Position numbers and translations under genes: made by a program. A stretch of DNA of 62,019 nucleotides from an uncultured virus (IMG/VR IMGVR_UViG_3300009285_001861) (taxonomy: Duplodnaviria > Heunggongvirae > Uroviricota > Caudoviricetes), in the IMG/VR virus record IMGVR_UViG_3300009285_001861, one strand, 5' to 3'. Under the pieces are notes generated by a model that saw only the letters and a list, made by a program, of their open reading frames with translations, did no database searches and had not been told where the DNA came from. Of the stretch, positions 55,120 through 62,019 are shown piece after piece (positions within the stretch are counted from its first letter, which is position 1; each line of letters opens with the position of its first letter).

Positions 55120-55857
55120 ATGAGGATGACCGAATTGGTTCCCGGGACCAACATTGTTGTAAATGAGAGCTGTGCAATCACAGAGCTGAGGGGGCGACGA
55201 GGAATCGTATTTTCAGCCTCCACTTGGGCTGATTGTGTAAAGGTGTCATTTGATGAGGGCCCTCCGGTGTGGAGCCTATGCGCGACAAGTCTTGATTCAG
55301 ACTCCCCGGAGCAGCGGGGGATCGTTCCGTATGTCACCACCCCAGGTGGAGAGTCCCTCCAGTATATCCCTACTATGGAGGTGAAGCTGGTGACGATCAA
55401 ATCTAAGCCCAACAAGAATGGGGACGTTTTCCCGGGGATACACGTTTTCCCCCCCGTGGACAACCCCATCACTCGACTATATGAAAACCTCCGCTGCACC
55501 TTCAAAAGTGTGGCCAGAATTGACTCAATCCCAGTGATTGATGCCCTAAATCGGACCCACAAAAGCCTGAGGGCTCTTGCCAAGTCCCTGGACGTGCCCT
55601 GGATTGTAGCATCCTTTTCGCCCCCAGAGAGTATGGACATGACGGTGTCCAAGCTACTTGGATTTGTTGCCAATCGTGGGAACCAGATCGGCCCATGCTC
55701 AGGTAGGGCCTATGGGCTTCCATATCGGGAACTGGCATCCCTGCTCACAGCCATCAATGACCTCAACGTTGCTGTAGCGGCTATGCTGCCTCCAACCCTC
55801 CCACCGACACGAGTGGAAGAACCGGGCCTTCGGTTTGACCTACAGGTCGAGGACTAA
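55120..55857 (+). CDS. Hypothetical protein
   Basis: AAGGA RBS; 245-aa ORF. Confidence 0.55.
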   Translation: MRMTELVPGTNIVVNESCAITELRGRRGIVFSASTWADCVKVSFDEGPPVWSLCATSLDSDSPEQRGIVPYVTTPGGESLQYIPTMEVKLVTIKSKPNKNGDVFPGIHVFPPVDNPITRLYENLRCTFKSVARIDSIPVIDALNRTHKSLRALAKSLDVPWIVASFSPPESMDMTVSKLLGFVANRGNQIGPCSGRAYGLPYRELASLLTAINDLNVAVAAMLPPTLPPTRVEEPGLRFDLQVED

Positions 55858-55860
55858 TCA

Positions 55861-56559
55861 GTGAAAAACCCCTTCCAAATCCCCAACATCCCCCATGCAC
55901 TCCCGATGCGCCCCTGGTGCGAGAAAGGGGAATTGACCTGGGAGGACTTCTACGCTGAGGCCAAGAAGAAGTACCCCGTCCGCTACTTCCTGTCCCATGA
56001 CTTGCCTCACTGGTGGCGGGTGCATGTAAGCCTCCCCATCGAGCACTTCACCGATTGGGTGGTGTGCCATGTCGTTCCTAGCAGGCGCTTCCACATGCTG
56101 GACCTGAGACAGCCCAAGGATGAGGAAGGCTATCCGTATCGGTATGGGTGGATTGACTCAGATCGCCAGATCCTCTATAGCTGCTTCAATATCCTCGTGC
56201 GGTTCATCGAGAGGGAGCATGGCGGAAAAGACAAGTACCTAGAGTACATTGCATTCCAGGAGGAAGACTGTAGCCAGGAGTTTCCCGAGTGGCAAGAGAA
56301 GTGTCGGAACCAGCGGGAGATCCTTGACATCTACCTGTGGTGGAAGGAGACCCGTCCTGCCACCAACAAGGCAATCAGTGAGGCTCTGACGAAGTGGCAT
56401 GATCTGTATAGGCCCGTACAGTCTAAGGAAGAGGCAGAAGTTACTCCTGGACTTGCTGAGGCGGACAAACTCCACAAGGACCTTGAGGCAGCTTACGAGG
56501 TTGCGGAGACCAAAAGGCTCGCCCGCCTGATTGAACTCCGCCACCTACTCTGGACATAG
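55861..56559 (+). CDS. Hypothetical phage protein
   Basis: 232-aa ORF with Trp-rich helical pattern. Confidence 0.65.
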   Translation: MKNPFQIPNIPHALPMRPWCEKGELTWEDFYAEAKKKYPVRYFLSHDLPHWWRVHVSLPIEHFTDWVVCHVVPSRRFHMLDLRQPKDEEGYPYRYGWIDSDRQILYSCFNILVRFIEREHGGKDKYLEYIAFQEEDCSQEFPEWQEKCRNQREILDIYLWWKETRPATNKAISEALTKWHDLYRPVQSKEEAEVTPGLAEADKLHKDLEAAYEVAETKRLARLIELRHLLWT

Positions 56560-56786
56560 GCATATGACCCCCTGGCAGGAAATGTTGGGCAAAACCCGGG
56601 AAGAAGTTGTTGCCCTCCTTGGAGAGCCTCAGCACAAGGGGGCCACGTCGAGGAAGTACCCCACCCCCTCCTGCTACCAGTATGGAAACATGGAACTGCA
56701 CTTCCAGCCGTGGAAAACGGGCACCTGTGTCTTCGTGTTTGATCTGGAAAACCATCATGATGGCCTTAAATGGGGGTAACTGAGAC

Positions 56787-57938
56787 ATGAGCGACCGAAT
56801 TGAATATGAGAAGCGAGCCCTGCCCTATATCCAGACATTGCTGGACCAACAGGAGCCCCCACGGCTTTACGCGATCTGCACTGGGGCATGCGCGGGTCTC
56901 CAGAAAACCCTATGGTCCGTTCCAGGGATCTCAGGGCTCCTGGTTGGGGCATCCTTCCCCTACGACATCGCCGCAACGACTGAGACTCTTGGATACATCC
57001 CCGAATCGTATGTCTCCGCGGAGACCGCAATGGGACTGGCCCACACCGCCTACATGAAGGCGCTTGCCTCCCCCCGGACAGGAACCCCCATTGGTCTTGG
57101 GGTGACAGGTTCAGTGGCTTCCCTTCGAGAGCACCGTGGGGACCATCGGGCCTGGATTGCCACCACCACCCCTACCCTGGTTGGCCTTCGTTGTCTGACT
57201 CTCCCCAAGGGTGTTGGGATGGATGCCCGCTTGGCCGATGACCTTGCCATTGAGGGGGAAGCCCTCAACTCAGTGCTGGACATGACAGGTAACCATTTTG
57301 TCCCTATGCCCAACTATGGGACCCGGACCTTCATGAATGGAGTAACTCATGGTCCTCGCACCATGACATCGGTCAGTCACGATGTGTTCCACCAGTATCC
57401 CATGTTTCACGCCGACGGGAGCCGCTCTAAGGCACCAGAGGGCCCCAGTATGCTCCTGTACCCCGGTGCCTTCAATCCTCCCCACAAAGGCCACCTGGGG
57501 CTCGCCCGTGAGGCAGAACGAGTGTCTGGTAGGCCCGTGGTCTTCCATATCACTCAACAGACTCTACACAAGACCGCGTTGACCGTTCCGGAGATGCTCG
57601 CCAGAGCCCGTGCCCTCCGGGGTCATGATGTGCTGTTCGGGTTTGACAATGCCCTCTACATCGAGAAGGCCCGTCAGCATCCAGGTGCTGGCATCGTGCT
57701 TGGTGCGGATGCTCTGGCCCGCATGCTGGACCCCCGATGGTGCCCTGTGGACCCGATGATTGACGAGTTCCTGGCATTGGGAACCCGCTTCTACGTAGCC
57801 GGACGAGTCATCGAGGGAAGGCTTGTCCAATTGGAGAACATTGATATGCCATCCGTATTCAGGGACCTGTGTGTAGCAGTCCCGGGACGATGGGATATCA
57901 GCTCGACAGAGATCCGCAACACAAAGGTAAGCCCATGA
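56787..57938 (+). CDS. CinA/PncC-like domain fused to HIGH-type nucleotidyltransferase (NadD/NMNAT-like)
   Basis: TG...SVPGIS...PY...VSAETA...GLGVTGS; YPGAFNPPHKGH, LGADA, ISSTEIR. Confidence 0.82.
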   Translation: MSDRIEYEKRALPYIQTLLDQQEPPRLYAICTGACAGLQKTLWSVPGISGLLVGASFPYDIAATTETLGYIPESYVSAETAMGLAHTAYMKALASPRTGTPIGLGVTGSVASLREHRGDHRAWIATTTPTLVGLRCLTLPKGVGMDARLADDLAIEGEALNSVLDMTGNHFVPMPNYGTRTFMNGVTHGPRTMTSVSHDVFHQYPMFHADGSRSKAPEGPSMLLYPGAFNPPHKGHLGLAREAERVSGRPVVFHITQQTLHKTALTVPEMLARARALRGHDVLFGFDNALYIEKARQHPGAGIVLGADALARMLDPRWCPVDPMIDEFLALGTRFYVAGRVIEGRLVQLENIDMPSVFRDLCVAVPGRWDISSTEIRNTKVSP

Positions 57939-58429
57939 TCGAGCTAGTATGTGACACCTGTGGAAAACGGGAACCCACCAAACACCTTGAGCGCAACCGC
58001 GACTATGATGAGCATGTGAACCTGCATCCTGTGGGGTGGCTTGGGGTGAGTACTGAAGATATCCGCCTCCCACCGGGACTTCGTGCCTGTTCGGTCAAGT
58101 GTGCCCATGATCTGTGTGACAAGTACCCAGACCTCCTTGTCATCGTGAAAGGACCCGACTATTGGGCGGAGGACTTCGAGGGGGAGCCTATTCCGTTGTG
58201 TGAGATGCTGGCCATCATTCCCATGCCTCGCGAGCAGGATGTTGTCTGGGAGGAACCTTTGCCCAAGGGGCGCTGTGATCTCCGAGTTGGAAATTGGCGT
58301 TCCGAGTGGTCCCTCAAGACGGGGGAATCGGTAGACGAGGACGACTACTATATTGAGAAGAAGTACCTTCCCCGCTTGCGAGCAACAGATAAGAAGCTCC
58401 GAAGGGCCGAAAAGGCAAGTGATGTCTAA
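57935..58429 (+). CDS. Hypothetical Zn-binding protein
   Basis: MIELVCDTCGK...CSVKC; ATGA-coupled. Confidence 0.55.
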   Translation: MIELVCDTCGKREPTKHLERNRDYDEHVNLHPVGWLGVSTEDIRLPPGLRACSVKCAHDLCDKYPDLLVIVKGPDYWAEDFEGEPIPLCEMLAIIPMPREQDVVWEEPLPKGRCDLRVGNWRSEWSLKTGESVDEDDYYIEKKYLPRLRATDKKLRRAEKASDV

Positions 58430-58730
58430 CAAGTGGATCCAGTTGGGTGATGACTGGTATGCCCGGTCTCTCCGCCAATACCAGGGGACCATTCATGGGA
58501 TGACCGTAACGGTGACTGAGACCGGAGTGAGTGATGAGGAGGGCAACCTGTCCAACTGGAAAATCTCCGTCCACTATCCCGGAGCAACCGTAGAGGCAGT
58601 CGAGAGATACGAAACCGTTGAACACATCTTGGAGATGGCCAGCAACCTTGCCCGTGAGATGTCCCTTGGGTATGCCGCAGCCCGAAGGGGTGAGAAGTCT
58701 CAATATTCCCCAGACGCACCAAAAGTGTAA
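58422..58730 (+). CDS. Hypothetical protein
   Basis: ORF from MSNKWIQL. Confidence 0.5.
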   Translation: MSNKWIQLGDDWYARSLRQYQGTIHGMTVTVTETGVSDEEGNLSNWKISVHYPGATVEAVERYETVEHILEMASNLAREMSLGYAAARRGEKSQYSPDAPKV

Positions 58731-58738
58731 CTACACCA

Positions 58739-58996
58739 ATGACTACTAGACTTACGGATTTCTTGTGCTGGATGCCGGGGCAGGGAGAAGCTCGAACCGA
58801 TGCTGTCCTGGTTGCGGAGCAAACTGCTGGCATCGCCGCCGAGACATTTACTAGGAACAGATTCCGAGACCAGGACCCCCCCACTCCTGTGGATCTTCGG
58901 GTAGCCGTGTGTGGCGTTGGCGGGTCCGATGTGACCTCCCACTACCGAGTCCAAGTCAAAGTGTCGACCACCTACCTAATCCACCGAGAGGATTGA
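58739..58996 (+). CDS. Hypothetical protein
   Basis: ORF in chain. Confidence 0.5.
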   Translation: MTTRLTDFLCWMPGQGEARTDAVLVAEQTAGIAAETFTRNRFRDQDPPTPVDLRVAVCGVGGSDVTSHYRVQVKVSTTYLIHRED

Positions 58997-58998
58997 CA

Positions 58999-59226
58999 AT
59001 GCTCATTGCCATGCAGGAACTCAGACAGGAAGTAGCCGTCTTGCGCGCTGAGGTGGTGAGGCTTCGGGCTATTGTGGAGCCCCCTGCGGTCTTGGTCACT
59101 CCAGAAATGGTCAAAGAACTCCGAAAGCGCACCAATGTGGGCATTTTGGACTGCAAAAGAGCCCTTGAGAAGTGTAAGGGAGATGTGGATGCGGCGGAAA
59201 AAGTACTCCATCGGCCATGTAGGTGA
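58999..59226 (+). CDS. Short coiled coil + EF-Ts N-terminal (UBA-like) domain
   Basis: VTPEMVKELRKRTNVGILDCKRALEKCKGDVDAAEKVL. Confidence 0.8.
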   Translation: MLIAMQELRQEVAVLRAEVVRLRAIVEPPAVLVTPEMVKELRKRTNVGILDCKRALEKCKGDVDAAEKVLHRPCR

Positions 59227-59230
59227 TGTG

Positions 59231-59425
59231 ATGGCTAAGATCAAAAAAGTGACCCCCAAGAATCTCCAGAAGGTCCTGGAAGAGATCCCCAAGCTGATTG
59301 CGGCCGGGTACCTCGATGCTGTGATGTTCTGTCCGGCCTTCAACAATTGGCTGGATGACATGTTGGGGGAGGACATGTTTGGCACCGAGGGACAGAATGA
59401 TCCCCGCGGGGACCACCGTGAGTGA
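59231..59425 (+). CDS. Small hypothetical phage protein
   Basis: MAKIKK...DMFGTEGQNDPRGD. Confidence 0.55.
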   Translation: MAKIKKVTPKNLQKVLEEIPKLIAAGYLDAVMFCPAFNNWLDDMLGEDMFGTEGQNDPRGDHRE

Positions 59426-59653
59426 ACCTGAACCTGCTTGTGACCACTTCTGGAAGTCCGACGCCGACTATCCTGGGGCTGGCTGTGCCAATCCTGTGGC
59501 CTACGCCTGTGATTGCCGTCGCTGCAAGATAATCGTCGAAGAGAGGTTCCATGCCTGTGAGGGGCACCTGGGATCCCGGGCCATTCTCGCCCACCACAAG
59601 CGAACCTATCCCAATGATGCCATGAACATGATTCGAATTGGTGTAAAGACACC

Positions 59654-59989
59654 ATGATCAAACTGAGCGGCTACAGTGATGACAATGTTGAAATCGAGGG
59701 CGATTATGAGGATGAAATCCTAGCCTATGATCGCGAGTCCACAGACTTCGTAATCGGGACCCCAGAGGGTGGTGTGAGAGTTGGTATGGCCTATTCAGAC
59801 CTTGGGGTTTGGATGGCCACGCTGTCTCCCCTCAAAGAGGGGGTGCCCATTCCTTGGCCCGTACGTATCGAAGCGGGAGGATACACGATTGTTGCCATTG
59901 TAGACTGCCCTCCTGGAACCCCCGTCCAGGCATGGCAGGGGCAGGATGAATTGGTGTGGGAAAATGGCGAGCCTGTGGGGGAAGAATGA
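59654..59989 (+). CDS. Hypothetical protein
   Basis: MIKLSGYSDDNVEIEG; coupled at both ends. Confidence 0.6.
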   Translation: MIKLSGYSDDNVEIEGDYEDEILAYDRESTDFVIGTPEGGVRVGMAYSDLGVWMATLSPLKEGVPIPWPVRIEAGGYTIVAIVDCPPGTPVQAWQGQDELVWENGEPVGEE

Positions 59990-61032
59990 TCCACCTCAAC
60001 GAAGGCGAGTCCATCGAAGTTCAGGGGTCTGGCAAGAAACCCTATGTGGTGAAGAATTCCGGGGGGGTGGTGAACTGCTCATGCCCCGCCTGGAAAAACC
60101 AAAGCCTACCCATCGACCAGCGGATTTGCAAGCACATAAAAGCCAACGTTTCTAATGGAGCTGCTGCCAGCGTCCACCAGAGTGGATCTGTGGTCAATGG
60201 AACAGCGCCCAAGACCCCAACTAAACCCAAGAACGTACCTCCATGTCTCTTAGCCCATACTTGGGACAGGGATGTAGATGTCTCTGGATGGTGGTCCAGC
60301 TACAAGCTAGATGGGGTCCGCGCATGGTGGGATGGGGAACGCTTCTGGAGCCGACTCGGGAATGAGTATTTTGCTCCCCAGTGGTTCAAGGACAAGATGC
60401 CAAAAGGGGTGGTCCTTGATGGTGAGTTGTTCGCTGGAAATGGGAGGTTCCAGAAGACTGTGAGCTATGTCAGGAAGGGAACCCCGGTAGACGCCGAGTG
60501 GGAAGAAATCCAGTTCATGGTCTTCGACATGCCCAATCACCCAGGGCCCTTTGAGGATCGCTTGGACGCCATGGTCAAACTTCTTCGTGATGAGTTCATG
60601 GGCTACTATGTCCCTCGAAAAGGGGCCCTGGTCAATCTCCTTGACCAATCTCCGGTCAAGGACAACAAACGTGCTTTGGAGTGGGACTTGGCTCTGGCTA
60701 CGAAGTACGGATATGAGGGGATCATGCTCCGGCAGCCAGGGAGCCTCTATGAAGCTGGTCGTTCCCATACCCTCCTCAAGGTCAAGGACTTTTTTGACTG
60801 TGAGGTAACCGTCACCGGCTACAAGAAGGGCAAAGGGAAGCACAAGGACCGAGTGGGCTCCCTTGATGTGGTCATGGATAATGGCATTACCCTCAACGTG
60901 GGGACTGGGCTCTCAGACCATGAGCGGGAGAACCCACCCTCAATCGGGTCCCGAGTGACCATCTCTTACCAGGAGCTTTCCAAGGACGGGGTTCCAAGAT
61001 TTCCGGCCTACCTGAGGATATATCCGACATGA
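59986..61032 (+). CDS. ATP-dependent DNA ligase with N-terminal SWIM Zn finger
   Basis: CSCPAW...CKH SWIM; KLDGVRA, LDGEL, VFD, EGIMLR, LLKVK, PRFP. Confidence 0.93.
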   Translation: MIHLNEGESIEVQGSGKKPYVVKNSGGVVNCSCPAWKNQSLPIDQRICKHIKANVSNGAAASVHQSGSVVNGTAPKTPTKPKNVPPCLLAHTWDRDVDVSGWWSSYKLDGVRAWWDGERFWSRLGNEYFAPQWFKDKMPKGVVLDGELFAGNGRFQKTVSYVRKGTPVDAEWEEIQFMVFDMPNHPGPFEDRLDAMVKLLRDEFMGYYVPRKGALVNLLDQSPVKDNKRALEWDLALATKYGYEGIMLRQPGSLYEAGRSHTLLKVKDFFDCEVTVTGYKKGKGKHKDRVGSLDVVMDNGITLNVGTGLSDHERENPPSIGSRVTISYQELSKDGVPRFPAYLRIYPT

Positions 61033-61556
61033 GACTCTACAAAGGCATCTCTCGACTCCGATACCACCGTCTGTTCAACAAGTACAACATTGCCCTGCTC
61101 AAGTGGGCCGTGGCCCTGAAGCCCGGTGACCTGATCAGCGGGTGCACCACATGGCCATTCAACACCATTGTCAAGAGCATTGAGATTGACCGAAACCAGC
61201 CCTGGCAGGGCAAGGGCAGTTTCGTCTCCGAGGTAGTCGTGCAGACTACAGACGGATACCAACACACCTGTCCTGGAGGGGGATGTGTGTCCCGACCCCT
61301 AACCCCCGAACAGGTCCGGGAGGTACTCCAGTGTAGGCACCTGACCGAACAGGCGTACATCGAGGGTCTTGACCGAGCCATCACTGAAGGTTGGCGTACC
61401 GCGGGGTGGAAGGTTCCACAGCTGGACCTGTACCACCGCGCCCACGATGGCCGACCCGTGTGTGATGAGATGGGCCAGCGGCTACCTGACGACCTGAAGG
61501 CATACATCGAGGAAAATGACCGCTGGTACGCTGCCCAGCGGGCCAAAAATTCCTGA
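61029..61556 (+). CDS. Hypothetical protein
   Basis: ATGA-coupled to ligase. Confidence 0.6.
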   Translation: MRLYKGISRLRYHRLFNKYNIALLKWAVALKPGDLISGCTTWPFNTIVKSIEIDRNQPWQGKGSFVSEVVVQTTDGYQHTCPGGGCVSRPLTPEQVREVLQCRHLTEQAYIEGLDRAITEGWRTAGWKVPQLDLYHRAHDGRPVCDEMGQRLPDDLKAYIEENDRWYAAQRAKNS

Positions 61557-61563
61557 CGGGTAT

Positions 61564-61600
61564 GATTTCGCTAAAAATGGCCTTTCTCGTGCCGATAGGG
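61564..61600 (+). promoter_or_regulatory. Sigma28-like phage promoter, copy 13
   Basis: GATTTCGC-TAAA-N15-GCCGATAG-GG. Confidence 0.8.
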
Positions 61601-61619
61601 TATTGAGAGTGAGACCAAC

Positions 61620-61850
61620 ATGAAGACCCAAGCAGTCTGCCACGTCTGTGGCTCAAATCCCTGCTACCTGATCTGCCCGATGCAGGACCCCTACGCGGGC
61701 AACCCCCTCGCCGAACACGAGGATCACGAGTTCAACTCGCGGTATGACAACGTTCGGGAGATGTACGCTGGTACGGGCGACAACCTGGAAGAGGATCGGG
61801 ACTTCGAGGCGGGTGAGGCGGAAGCCGAAATGGTCAACAATGCCGAGTGA
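61620..61850 (+). CDS. Small acidic hypothetical protein
   Basis: First gene after promoter copy 13. Confidence 0.6.
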   Translation: MKTQAVCHVCGSNPCYLICPMQDPYAGNPLAEHEDHEFNSRYDNVREMYAGTGDNLEEDRDFEAGEAEAEMVNNAE

Positions 61851-61869
61851 TTCCCGAAGGATTTCAGCC

Positions 61870-62019
61870 ATGAGCAAGCCCCAAGATACCGTCGAGTCCC
61901 TGTCCCTTGAGATGGCCAAGGCATTCGACTACTACGATGCCAAGACCCATGCTAGGTCCCTACGGGACGATATCAACTACGGGTCACGGGTAACCTGGAG
62001 TGAGAGGCCGGACGGATGG
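61870..62019 (+). CDS. Partial protein (runs off right edge) starting with the family 'DTVESL.xE' repeat
   Basis: Own translation MSKPQDTVESLSLEMAKAFDYYDAKTHARSLRDDINYGSRVTW... Confidence 0.7.
   Translation, partial: MSKPQDTVESLSLEMAKAFDYYDAKTHARSLRDDINYGSRVTWSERPDGW

Noticed and set aside
2601..61600. Recurrent ~38-bp motif as CRISPR repeats or attC-like sites
   Set aside because: Copies are irregularly dispersed, non-palindromic, have a variable central spacer and nearly always precede an RBS; promoter geometry fits better
1..62019. Stop-codon reassignment (alternative genetic code)
   Set aside because: TAA, TAG and TGA all end well-formed genes and coding density is high under the standard code

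Overview
A 62 kb, gene-dense segment of what is most likely a large (jumbo-type) bacteriophage genome, from an accessory/early-gene region. No capsid, terminase, polymerase, rRNA, tRNA or CRISPR array was seen. Genes run on the minus strand from 1 to ~34.03 kb and on the plus strand from ~34.13 kb to the end, with frequent ATGA/TGATG coupling. Recognisable products include an ADP-ribosylglycohydrolase, two HNH nucleases, Thg1, two CX5R phosphatases, a J-domain/Ser-Thr kinase-vWA-pyruvate-kinase-like cluster, Dam, an N6-MTase/SF2 helicase fusion, two ATP-grasp proteins, a SLOG protein, an Rnl2-like RNA ligase, a CinA-like/nucleotidyltransferase fusion and a SWIM-DNA ligase. The most notable observations are five. 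(1) A 364-bp ORF-less, highly structured insertion flanked by a 7-bp direct repeat splits a small Zn-finger gene; removing it restores the frame exactly. (2) A coiled-coil/ubiquitin-like (multi-Ub) protein ending in Gly-Gly sits 3 bp after an ATP-grasp ligase gene. (3) Thirteen copies of a sigma28-like promoter (TAAA-N15-RCCGATAR) are present, one of which appears to drive only a 22-bp perfect hairpin. (4) A modular family of giant proteins shares a repeat unit and a conserved C-terminal domain. (5) Three DUF4160-like proteins share an N-terminal leader. All family assignments come from motif recognition by eye, not from database searches.
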